This document shows positions 39,000 through 51,211 of a stretch of DNA of 61,794 nt, piece by piece (position 1 is the first letter of the stretch; each line of letters begins with the position of its first letter). Where the stretch lies: assembly GCA_002104905.1 (NCBI GenBank), contig MCFE01000527.1:1-61794 (forward strand), written 5' to 3'. Under the pieces are notes generated by a model, which saw only the letters and a list, made by a program, of their open reading frames with translations, had not been told where the DNA came from and searched no databases. This stretch comes from Basidiobolus meristosporus CBS 931.73. Lineage: Eukaryota > Fungi > Basidiobolomycota. A program made the position numbers and the translations under genes.

Positions 39000-41150
39000 C
39001 CAACATTAGTAATGGGGGCCTTGAGGGCTTACTGCTACATCTTGCCAAGATAATTCTGGGATCCAACTTACCATGTACTTGGTACAAATAAAAAACCATT
39101 ATTCAGCTGGCAACATATGACCCAGACACTCCTCTGATATTAGCATATGTTTACAGTTGCATGGAATTCACATCAGAAAATGTCACTGTTGCAAGGTGTC
39201 CAACTTACCAGGAAGCCACCACTACAGGAGGAAAACATTGCTCACACTCTGGACATATTCCAGTAATACCCAGTTTAAAGCAGCTCATGTATCTCAACAA
39301 ACATTGTGAAGTTATAAAGTATCTCCCTCAGTATCAGTCAAGCCTAACATATCCAATATATTTGATGGAAAATATTACAAGCAATTAAGAAGCAGGGGCT
39401 ACATTGAAGGTATGGTTTATTATACCTTTTCCTTAGTACTTGATAGACTCTAACTGAACAGGTACTCTGCCAGGACATTCAGCAAGCCACTCATTCTCAT
39501 CAAACTTGATCTGCTGCTAATCCTACAGTATCAGAGCAGAAATTTGAAGGTATTTGCACTGATGTATGGGCCTAAGTCACCATCAAACCTAGATTGAAAC
39601 CTGCATCCATTGCTGGATGACTTTTATATGCTGTCTGTCAGAATACCAATAAATGATCATCATGTCAAAGCACATATTACAATTGGCATTGGAGATACTC
39701 AGCCATCAGCAAGATAGCCAGCTTTTCTGGGCACAACGGATGATTTTGCTGTCAAATGTGTGAGATCCAGGGGTTATGCTTTAAGACTCACATACATTAT
39801 TATTATCAAAACACAAATGCTAAGAGCATTGTGCTGCCACAGAGGGAATGCATAGAAGTCAGCATGCCAATGCAGCAAAGCTGGCAAGCTATAAGCTACT
39901 GGCCAGAATACAGAATTAATCCAAAAACCAGAGATAGTAGCAATGGGGCATCTGTTGAAGTAAATGCTTCTCACTGGAAGTAGTGCAATTTCTCTTCATC
40001 AACATCCCTATACTAATGACTAAGTTGTACATGGAGAGCTTCAAGCTGAATGAGCCCTTTGAGATAGTGGAGAAATTGTAATGAATTGGTAAGGTGTTAC
40101 AGAGTATCTGCTACCCATAGTATCTTTCATTAGCTCCAATCAATATCTGTACCCATATGCATCATAACAAATGCAAGGACTGGATAAGCTGGATATGTAT
40201 TTTTTCAAATGGCCTTCTGAAGCAATCTCTACCCAGACTACATGGGAAGCATTGGGAGCAACATGTGTACATTGTAAGAATATCTGCCCAGAAGCAGATG
40301 ACTGTTGCCAACTTGATGCCTCCACAGCTTTGACGCAAGGAGTTTGTGTCAGAACTTGAGCAGCTACTCTGAACACATAAGGCTTACCACCTATATCTTG
40401 GCTGCAACTGGTTTCATTATCTACTCCATCTTGATTGGTGTACTCAGAGAATTGATCCTTGCTTCACCTTTTGGGAGTTTCCTATAAAGAGGATGAGTCA
40501 GCAGATAGGAAGACAAGTCAAGTTGCAAGTGTTACCATAGCCCAATCTCATCAAGAATATTTCCATCAAGTCCATCATGGATGTGACAAGTTTGCACATG
40601 AAGGACAGCCAGGAAGAGTTGGAGAATACAACACCTGTGCCTTTGGCAATAAAACACTAAGCAGCTCAAATATGCAGGAATCAGTTAAATAATGCAAGGA
40701 TGGGTTGGCCACAATAAGCACCTAGTTCTTGTTAGGACAGCTTTACAAGAGTATGCTAGGTATCTCCTGGGGATAAGCCAATTTCCACACCACTCAATAC
40801 AGAATTCATACAAACAAGAATCAGAGCATACATATAAGGAGGACCAGAATCTAGCAGGGAGCAGGTATATACAGGCTAAGTATCCAACAGCTTTTGCAGA
40901 TATTCAAGAGGTATTTATGAAGGAAATGGCAGCAACTAAGCATATGTTTGCAAGATGCATATGTAATCAAGAACACAAGGTATATGGCAGCTTTAAAAGT
41001 ATAGCCCTGAAAAGGCATAAAGCTGAGGTGATTAAAGTGTGTCAATTGCAATGGGTAGGCACATATGTAGAGGTTAATAAGCATGAGGTGTTGTGTTGTA
41101 TTATGATCAGTTTGGGGGCTGTTCTGTGATGTAAAGACTAAGCAATTGTA
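39000..41150 (+). mobile_element. Degenerate CACTA transposon, internally deleted copy
   Basis: Tnp2-like 39150-39960 (RCPTYQE..HIPVIPSLKQ; GHNG..CQMCEIQG), DUF4218-like ~40050-40420, and a 3' region matching 1-450. Confidence 0.75.
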
Positions 41151-42979
41151 AACACCAACTTCCAGTGTGCTAATACTGAAATAGTTTGTTGGGAGCTTGA
41201 TATACCAACACAAGATATAGGTTTCACTAGTATCCTCAATCTTAGGCTCAAAACATACTACATGCAGTGTATGCCAGTTCCACAGCAGCGCTCTGACCTT
41301 TGGCTGATTATTGGGCTGATTTACTATTAAGATGACTTTTGCTTATTTGTACATCACTTTCCTTTCTGAGAATATATTTCTGTATTTGGAAACTCTGAGC
41401 ACCCCTTTCACCTATGGACATGTGGCAAAGGGGTCTCTAATGGGGTATCTTTAGTACAAACAGGCTTCCTACACTGTTCTCTAAAGTGGACTCTACACCA
41501 AAGGGGTGCCTTAAGGGGCTTCTTTAGAGTTGAAAGCTAGTCCAAAGGGCTTCCTAGAGGGAATTTCTCTGACAATAGGTGTTATTGCCCTTGCAATACT
41601 TAGATTGGATACTTGCAAGCTTTGCAGTCTCTTTACAGATGTGGGACCAACCAAAGTCAAATACTCATCAGTACAAGTAGTGCAGGGGATGTCTTACAGC
41701 CTTTAAGCTTGTAGTTATTGTGGGAAGATTCTATAAAGAGAGACTCCCTTTTGTTTTTCAGCTGGGGAAGTTATATATATGAGAATTCTGAAGGATCAAA
41801 GTTTTTGGACAATTATGCAGAAAATACATGTAATACAAAGCAAAGTTCTGCAGTGGTGTAAGTTGGACATAGGTGCAGCACACGTAGAATTCTCACATGA
41901 CTTGATTGACTGGTTCAAAAGTTATATGCAATCAAAGCACCATAAAATCTTAGCAATAGAGGCCTTGCATATATGGTTACTGGATTCTTTTGATCAGAAC
42001 TCCTCAAGTACTGCTTTAGATGAGCTATAATTCAAAAGATATGTTGGCTACTGAGTGTTCTGCATGACATAATGCCTGCAGGTGGATTGCTTCTTAGGGT
42101 CTTGAGCTTTTCTCCCTCAAAGTTGAAAATTCTTTATCATTCATTAGGGTGTTACATAGCAAAAGGAGAAATAAAGAAATGAGCACAATATTGGTTTTGA
42201 GATATTGTGGTAATGGAAGACTTGCCATTACTACAGACACCATAATTTTTTATTCAAGCCATTTGTGTAATACCCACTGTAGTAATGAGCAGGCAAATTA
42301 TGTGGGGTGATTTTGTAATGGAGTATAAGAATAGTGCATGAAGAGGTAGCAAAAGAAAATAAAACCAGGTAAATTGGTAGGATAGCTTTATATAATGCTA
42401 GCTGTATGCTGCCACACTGCTGTAATAATGCCCACAGATGTCTGCATTGAGGCAATTGAAGTATCATCAAGGTTTTTCCATATATGGCATTTGTATCCAC
42501 TGGCTGGCTGGGTCCACTTATGTAAGTTTATGTTGCAATATGTCCACCAAAATGTCATCAAAATCTGGCTCAAGAAATGCCTAAAGAATGTCTACTTACC
42601 CACTTATATAGCAATAAAATCAGCAAAGCATCACTATATTGTCATAACATTGTGAAGAGGATCAATTATATCAAGCTGCCAGCATTAGGATGGTGTTATT
42701 GCAGAATTTTGATGACTGATCCGGATTGAATCCATCTATGGGGCCAAATTATTTGTCATTGGCCCCATTACCAATATTGGTGAAAGTACACAACTTCTCT
42801 AGCTACAACATCACATCATTCACCAGCAAATAAGCTACTGGGCCCACTTGGCTCTCTAAACCATCCTTGGCATTTTTTCCACAGGTGTTTTCTCAATGTA
42901 TATTGAGATTTTGCCAGGCTCATTCAGGATACTATTGAGTTGGGAGATAGGCTTGCAACCTATCAGCAAGCCTTCTTCT

Positions 42980-43750
42980 TCAGAGCTATATCTACACAGG
43001 CCATATTGAGAAGGTTGAGGTGAGCTAAAAGGCATTGCAAGCTCACCTAAACTACTATGGGCAAGGTTACAGCTAGAGCTAGGTGCTGAAATAAAAGCAT
43101 TGAGTGGCCAGCAGGATATTGTTGGTGAGGTACTGACTGCAGAATGTTCAAATATGACTTGAGTGGCAAAACCCTGCTGGTGATCCTTGTAATACCCCTA
43201 CACTGTCTGCATGCTTTCTAGCTCAGTGGCTGGTCACAATTGCCTCATGTTCTTTTGCTGTTTGCTTATGGCATTGAATCAATGTAGTCATATCCATAGG
43301 GCTAAAAGCCTGACACTCCTCAGCAATACGCTATTATATTGCACATTTGTCTATTTTAATGTAACCTTAAGACAGCCTTGTGAGTCAGACTTTGCACCTA
43401 CATGAGTACATTATACAATGCTGACCCATCTCAGTAAGCATAAAGTATAAAATTGCAGCACCACATATACATTTCTATGTTACACTGCATCTCCTTTGGT
43501 TTGACTCACTGCCACATATGCCACCTCAGATATTGTTAAGTTGTCAGGTTCCCAACTAAGCCTTATTACAAACAATAGTAGATAATGGCTGAGCAACAGC
43601 TTGATTTGACATTGAGTGCATCAAGCAGGACTACATCTGAGAAGGAGCATGTGAACAGTATGTCTACTGGAGATAATGGTGAAGACTCCTCAGGCTCTTA
43701 GTCAAGTAGGCAACTGAGTATTTCTGCATAGCTGTGAGCTAACAATAATG
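42980..43750 (-). repeat. ~750-bp module, copy 2
   Basis: ggccatattgagaaggttgaggtgagctaaaaggcattgc aligns with 49375-49420 and 50158-50200. Confidence 0.7.
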
Positions 43751-44399
43751 CTCAGGCAGGGGAAAATGCAGCAAATGCAGCAACTTTTGTAGAAGACCAG
43801 CAAATGACTGCCATAACATCATTACCATCAGCATGAGTTAGTATGTCTTAGCTTGCACCAAAGTATCAAAGAGGTAGTTAGGTGTAATGACTAATACTCT
43901 GAATGCAATGGCCCAGATATAATTGGGATGTTGTCCAGAGACAGGATGAGTAAATATTATGTGTAGAGCAATTAATATCTCAGGGAGAGAACACAGTATC
44001 TTTACTGCAAAGAAGTGACCCAAGTGGCTTGATGTCACATACCACAATTGAGCCACTTCCCAATGAAATAGCCCTGGAATACCACAAAGTCTTTGCAGGC
44101 CAGTACTAGTGCCCAAGGATTAAGTCAATAAAAAAACTTAGCACAGTACAAGAGGGGGTGGCTGTAATATTTATACTAAAGCCTAAAAGTTAAAAGATAT
44201 TTAAGATCCATGAAGCCATTGAGTGCAATGACAAAGAGTGGGCTACACTCAATAAGCCACAACAAATCTAGCACACAATCACCTTAGGTCAGTATACCTC
44301 AGCACCATCATGTATTTGGGGCCAAGAAAAATGCACTTGGCCAGTTCCATGAGCATCATCATAGACTCAAGCAAGCAGGCTAACTTTGGGCTAGTTTTG

Positions 44400-47300
44400 G
44401 TTTGCCAAGAAAGTATTGTAGTAATAGCAGTGATTGTCAACAACAGAAGAAGGGTGTCATGGCCACAACCAGTTGCTTCCTCAAGAGCCTGTCACATGCA
44501 GTACTGAAAGCTCTCAACAAGCAGCAAAGCAGTGTCAGATAGCCAGAAGAGTGCCTGTAAGGGACAAGGAGACAGAACTGGATGCACCAGTGCAATATTT
44601 ACCCTATGAAAATTAAAATTGTCTAGCAGGAGAATCTAATCCAGAGGAGTACATTTGGTGGCAGATACTCTGTAATATCTTACCAATTCTTTCAAACTTC
44701 TCCCGTATCTTGAAGGGCTCATTCAGCTAGAAATGCCCCATGTGCAACTTGGTCATTAGTATAGGGATAATATTGGAAAGCAAATGCATTGCTTGCAGTG
44801 GAAATCTTTTGCCCACAGATACCCTCAATCTTCAGTACCTTCAGATTACAATTAACTCTATATCCAGGCCAATGGTCTATAGCCTGCCAACTTTGCTGCA
44901 ATTGCATGCTGACTTCTGTACATTCTCCTTGTGAAAAGATGATGTTCTCAGTGTTGCTATTTGGGTAATACTAATATATGCAAGTAATATTGTAAAACCC
45001 CTAGATCTCACACATTCTACAGCAACCCTGTCAATTGTACCCACAAATGCCAGCTAAGTGGCTGATGGCTGGGGTATCTCTAGTGCAGATAATATTGTGT
45101 GATTTAATATGACAGCCAGTTGGTAGTATCCTATTGGAGAGCACACAAAGCTCATGCAGCAATGGATACATGTAGTTGTCCAACTTGGATGGTAATTTAG
45201 GCCAAGATCCAAGTATGACTACCATCTGATTTCTGCTCTGATACCATATAATGGGTGGCAGATTCTGGTTGATGCAAATCAGGGCCAGCAGGGTTTGCTG
45301 GTAGCATAGTTGTTTAATGAGAATCCATCAAATGCCATGGCAAAGGCATACCCTATGAAAAATAACTTGGTCCCACTGGTGAATTCAATCTGGTTCAGCT
45401 GTCAGGATCCTGTATAGAGACTGTCATAATACAAGCAGCTTGGAACTAGTGACCCTCTTGACAATCTTATGATGGGATCACAATGGCATTTTGCTGATAT
45501 TACTGCCAAATAAACTTCTCAAACTTGACAGGGTTTGATTGGTAATGTGACAATAATTGCATGTCACTGTTGTGGTCTTGATGTGCTCTACAACTATTTT
45601 AAATGGATCTAACCAGCCAGGACATTCAATTGCCTTATATGGCAAGATATTTGATGGTATCTCAATGACCTCATAGATGGACTTTGATGGCATTATCACA
45701 GCAGTATAGCAGCCACAGCAGGTTCTATATAATGCTATAGCACCAATTTAACAAACGGTATTTATTTTCTACCTCCCCCTGTGCAACTTGTATATTCCAC
45801 TGTAGAATCACCCCTCTTCATTTGCTTACCCACTACTACCTTGGGTCCTCCACATATAGCTCAAATCAAAAAAAGCTATGGCCTCTTGCTTACTAATCAC
45901 TACAAAGGGGCACACCTATGGTAATTGATATACTTCTATCACCTCAACTTACGGCTTTTTAGTGTGATACTTGTGAAGTTGCCATATACCCTGAACTGCT
46001 GGTAACATATCCATCTTGCAAACATATGCTTGGTTGTTATACATCTTGCAAACATATGCTTGGTTGTTATACATCTTGCAAACATATGCTTGGTTGTTGC
46101 CACTTCTGCCATGAATGCCTCCTAAATATCTGTAAAGAACTTCTTGGTATTTACCCAATATATTCCTTTGCCCTGCTGCATTCTAGTCCCCTTTATATGT
46201 ACACTCTGGCTCTTGTTTGTGTAAATTCCATATGGAATGGTGTAGAAGTTGGCTTGTGACAATGAGAAATCCAGCATACAGTGGTACAGTTTTCCTAATA
46301 AGAATTAATTGCTTGTTTCCCCCAATCCAATTTTGCATTACTTAACTGATTATCCACACATTAGGGCTGTTTAGCTTCTTGATGCCATAGGCATAGGTGT
46401 CTCAATGTGCATATCTGTCCTCAGTATTTCCCAACTCTTCCTGGCTGTCCTCCATGTGCCAACTCATAACATCCATTACAGAGTTGAAGGTAATATTCTT
46501 AAAGATATTGGAATATGGTAGTACCTGCCACTGGACTTGTCTTCCTATCTCCCCACACATCCACTCTATAGGAAACTCCCAAAAGGTGAAGCAAGGCCTA
46601 ATATTCTCCGCACACCAAGCAAGATGGAGTAGAGAATGGATACAGTAGCTGCAGAGATCTACACATTCAGCATTATGTTTGTAGTGTTGCCACTCAAATC
46701 CTGTTACAAACTCCTTGCACCACAGCTGTAGATGCATCAAGGCATCATTGGTGATCCGCTTCTGGATGAATATTCCTTTAACGTCCACATATGACTCCCA
46801 ATGCTACCAATGTACACTTGGTAAGAATAGCTTCAGAATGCTACTTAAGTAAATACATATCCAGTTCATCCAGTCTTTGCATTAGTATTGTTGCATATGA
46901 GTTTGAGTATTGATTGGAGCCTGTGAGAAGTACCTAGGAAGCAGATACTTTATAATATATTGCCAATTCTTTCAAATTTCTCTGGTATCTCAAAGAGCAC
47001 ATTTAGCTTGCAATGCCCAATGTACAGCTTGGTCATCAGCATAGGGATATTGTTGAAAAGCAAATGCATAGCTTGCAGTGGAAAGCTTTTGCTCCAACAG
47101 ATACCCTCTATCATCAGTATCTCTGGTTTCAAATTGATTCCATATTCTGGCCAATGGCTTATAGCTTGCCTACTTTGCTGCAATTGCATGCTAACCTCTG
47201 TACGTTCTCTCAGTGGGAAGATGATGTTCTTAGTGTTGGTGTTTGGGTATAATTATGTGTCCAAGTAATGGAGTAAATCCCCTGGATCTCACACATTTGA

Positions 47301-48800
47301 CAGCAATACCATCCATTGTGCCCAGAGAAACCAGCTATCTGCTGATGGCTGGGGTATCTCCAATGCAGATAAAGATATGTGCTTTTATATTACTGCCATT
47401 TACAGTTATCCTGCTGTAAAGCATAGAAAATTCATCTAGCAATGGATACAGGCAGCTATCCAGGCTGGATGGTGATTTAGGCCCAGATACCAGTGACACT
47501 ACCTTCAGATTTTTGCTCCAATATTGTAAGATGGGCAGCAGATTTGGATTGATGAGAAACAGTGGCTAGCAGGATTTTGCTAGTGGAGTACTTATTTTAT
47601 GAGAATCCATCAAGTGCTAAGGCAAAGGCCTGGTCATACATATCTTCAAAGTAGCCTTTGCTTCTTAGCTGCTTTCAATATTTGAAAGAACTGGCTGTCA
47701 AAAGGGAAAAGGTAAAGGAAAAATGTCTACCCAAGCCCAAGACAGGGAAGCATGCAAAAAAACAGCAGTTCTTGCCAATTAATGCCACAAGCCTGAAATG
47801 GACTGAATCCCATCATACCAAAGAAGAATTACCAGCAAGTAAACAGCTGTTTTCACAAAAGCTGGAAGTGCAGCCAGTGGAGCTGCACTCCAGCAAGTTA
47901 GATTAGTTTGCAGAATAAGGCAATTTGTCTACCACAGCCTCCACATCCTCCATTATTGACAGAGTGGAGATCCCACTGACAGACAAAGTAACAATATCAA
48001 GAACTCAAACAACTACTGTAATGACTTCAGTGGAATTTTGGAACATTATGAGGCACATCAAGAGGTAGCAGCACTTCTTCAAGAGCAGTGCTCAAGAAAA
48101 TTCACTTGAACATTACACAGATTGATTGCTAGGCCTGGAAGATGAGGTGCTAGACCAGGCAGTGCTGGCAGAAGAACAGGACATATGGAACCAGTGAATG
48201 AACAGTGGTGTTAAGCCATTGGGTTGCTGCCAAAGTTGTGGAATCAGATCATTAAAGCAAAAATACTTTTTGGGTGGTGGATTTTAATGGAGTTACATGT
48301 TGACTATGGGATTAAGCTTGATCTTAGTGAAGGGTATAGGGAGTTGTATAGGTCAACACAATTGGCAACTGAGTCACAACTGAAGTTTCAATAGAAATAA
48401 ATCCACTCCTACACATGAAGAGTAAGAGAAACAGTTGAGTCAAGAAGTAAGGAGTGTGAATAAGAGGCAAAAGCCAATCTGTGCACACAAACATAGGAGG
48501 TGATAGAGTACCCATGATCAGGAAGTGAGTAAATTGACAGGGAACAAATCAAAAGCCACTTTTATGTTGTTGTAATCAAGATTTTTGACCAAGTGTTTTG
48601 TGAAATCTAGGGAGCAATTATTTTCAATTGTCTCTAGACAGTGTCCTGTTGGGATCAGTACCTCTTAGTCATGGGATTCTAGATTTGAGGCAGCCTATTG
48701 ACAAGATCACTACAATAATTTGACATAGTGATAGCCATCCAAAGCCTTCAAGCTAGCCCTTGCTTCTTGATTGTTTATAATGTTCACCATCAAATGTGTT
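44400..48800 (-). mobile_element. Degenerate CACTA copies (fragment 44640-45250; longer copy 45350-48800)
   Basis: DUF4218-like CIHSLLHLAWCAENIRPCFTFWEFPIEWMCGEIG..LPYSNI (46402-46788); Tnp2-like 46950-47640; upstream ORF relic 47700-48800, homologous to 36000-36800 and 55900-56720. Confidence 0.8.
46012..46098. repeat. Perfect 30-bp tandem repeat x~3 (CATCTTGCAAACATATGCTTGGTTGTTATA)
   Basis: Two full copies plus 27 bp, with no spacers; single copy in the homologous CACTA relics. Confidence 0.95.
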
Positions 48801-49329
48801 GGAAATGTTTGATCTTAATTGATACTGAGTGCAGTGCTTTATAGCTTCACAATGTTTGATGAACTGCATGCGCTTCTTTAGATGGGGTATTACTGAAATA
48901 TATTTGGAGTGTGAACAAGGTTTTCCTTTCATATTGGTGGATTCCTGACAAGTTGGACACCTCCCAATGCTGGCATTTTCTCATGTGAATACCATGCAAC
49001 TGTTAACACATGCTGGTATCAGCATGCTGTCTGGGCCATATTTTGCAGCCACATGAGGATTTTCATTAGTACCATGTACATGGTAACTTGCATATGGGAA
49101 TTATCTTGGTAAGAAGTTGTAAAACATACTCAAAGCCCCCATCAGTAATATTTATGGAAACATGCCACCTCTCTAGCCCAAACATCACATCATTTGCCCA
49201 TAGATGGACAATTGGCCCACCTGGCTCCATAAATTGTCCATGGCACTTTTTTCCACAGATGTTGTCTAATTAAGTATTGGGGATTCAGTGGGCTCATGCA
49301 GGGTACCATTGTTACAGGAGATAGACTTA

Positions 49330-50820
49330 AGTTCTATCAGTGGGCCTTCTTTGTCATAGCAATCACTCTGTGAGCCATATTCAGAAGGCTAAGGTGAGCC
49401 TAAAGGCATCACAAACTCACCTAACACAGTTTGCATAAGGTGAAAGTACTGCTAGGTGCCAAGTAAGTGCATCAGGTGGACAGCAAGATATTGTTGAAAC
49501 AATAGTGACTTATGAATGGTCAAATATGACCTGTGTGTTAAAACACTATCCATAATCCTTTTGATACTTCTTGTGCTGTCTGTATGCCTCAAGGGTGAGA
49601 GGCCTGCTACAATAGCCTCATGGACTTTTTTCTCCTCCATTATGGCATTGAATCAAAGCAGTCTTGTCCACAGGGCAAACAGTACAACACTCATCATTGT
49701 CATGCTGTTATATCACTTTTTGATCAATACTCATGTGAATTTAAGACATTCTTATATATGAGAGATTGCACCCTCATGAATGTATGATTTAACAGTAACC
49801 TGCCATAATAAGCATTATAGATGAAGCTGTAGCACCTCATATATATATACATGCAATACTATCTCTCATTTGGATTTACTCAGCTTCATATATATGCTGC
49901 CAAAAAATAAAGCAAAGCGGTTTAGTTCCTAACCAAGCTGCACTGCAGACAGTGACAGAAGAATATTATGACAACACCTTGCTTTGGCATTGAGTTCAAA
50001 AAGCAGGGATACATTTAAAAAAGGCCATGGTGACAGTGCACTCACTGAAGCTAACAATGTGGACTCCTCAGGCTCTCTGTTAGTAGGCAACTGAGACTCC
50101 CTAAGATAGCCTTACAATCCATTGGTAAGCCTTTTTCTTCAGAGCAATCACTTTGTGTGCCATATTCAGAAGGCTGAGGTGAGCCTAAAGTCACCACAAA
50201 CTCACCTGACCCATTTTGCACAGGGTCATAAGTACAGCTTGGTGCCATTATATTAGTATCAAGAAACAGGCAGGATATTGCTGATACAGTAGTGACTAAG
50301 GAGTGGACAGGTATAATATGTGTGGCAAAGCACTATCTTTGATTTTTGCAATACTTCTTAGGCATGCTGTATGCTTCATGGCTGAGAGGCATGCTACAAT
50401 AGCAACAAGGTATTTTCTCTCATGTCTTATGGCATTGAATCAGAGTAGACTTCCCCATGGGGCAAGCAGTTAGACATTTGACAACATAATGCCAAAATAT
50501 CAGTTTTTGGTCATTACTCATTTGAATTCAAGACAGTCTTATAGTTGAGATATTGCAACTACATGAATGTAACATATAACAATGACCTGCCATAGTAAGT
50601 ATGATAAATTAAGCTGTGGCACCACATACACATAAATATGTAACATTAATTCACCTTTGGCTTGACTGACTTCCATCTATGTACACCACAAAAAAGTAAA
50701 GTCAAGTTCTCTGAATCTCAACCAAACCCTACTGTTGACAGCAGCAGCAGAATGGTTGGATGACAGCTTGCTTTGACATTCAGTGCAACAAGCAGCGTTA
50801 CATCTAAAAAAGGCCATGTT
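49330..50820 (-). repeat. Tandem pair of the ~750-bp module (copies 3 and 4)
   Basis: gcaatcact(c/t)tgtg(a/t)gccatattcagaaggct(a/g)aggtgagcctaaag at ~49360 and ~50143; both units end in aaaaaaggccatg.tgacagtg. Confidence 0.8.
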
Positions 50821-50831
50821 GACAGTGTTTT

Positions 50832-51199
50832 GGTTGAAACAGTGGACTATTTGGTATCATTCAGCAGCTAAAATTTACTTAGCAATTTTGGACTGGTTGT
50901 GGTCACTGTTGGACTAATTGAAAGCCCTAATTTTGCCACTTACCTTTAGATCTACAATACAATGATTATTTGCCTATAGTAAAGATCAAGTTTGCACTCT
51001 TACCAAACACTATGTACCAACCCTAATACAAAACAAAATGCTCCTGAGTGTTGGGAAGCTCTCCATACTCAATGTTTCTGTTGTATCACTTCGTCAAAGG
51101 TATAAAGACTGAGCTTTTTCCTGAAAAAACAACCGTTTGTCTGTTATCATTATATCTTGATAAGCTCCTTTTATCCACAGCACTTCTTATATTGCAACA
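50832..51199 (+). repeat. 5' LTR (family B), ~368 bp
   Basis: GGTTGAAACAGTGGACTATTTGG...TTGCAACA, homologous to the LTR at 57898-58266; immediately followed by the PBS. Confidence 0.85.
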
Positions 51200-51211
51200 G
51201 GTTAGGAGCCC
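51200..51211 (+). other. Primer-binding site GGTTAGGAGCCC (half-tRNA-iMet, Ty5/copia type)
   Basis: Directly follows the LTR-terminal CAACA; one mismatch to GGTTATGAGCCC. Confidence 0.7.

Noticed and set aside
41700-42660. hAT-like transposase fragment
   Set aside because: Candidate motifs are weak and out of order; left as unclassified CpG-depleted repeat.
46012-46098. CRISPR-like 30-bp repeats
   Set aside because: Contiguous tandem units with no spacers, no cas genes, and a eukaryotic TE context.
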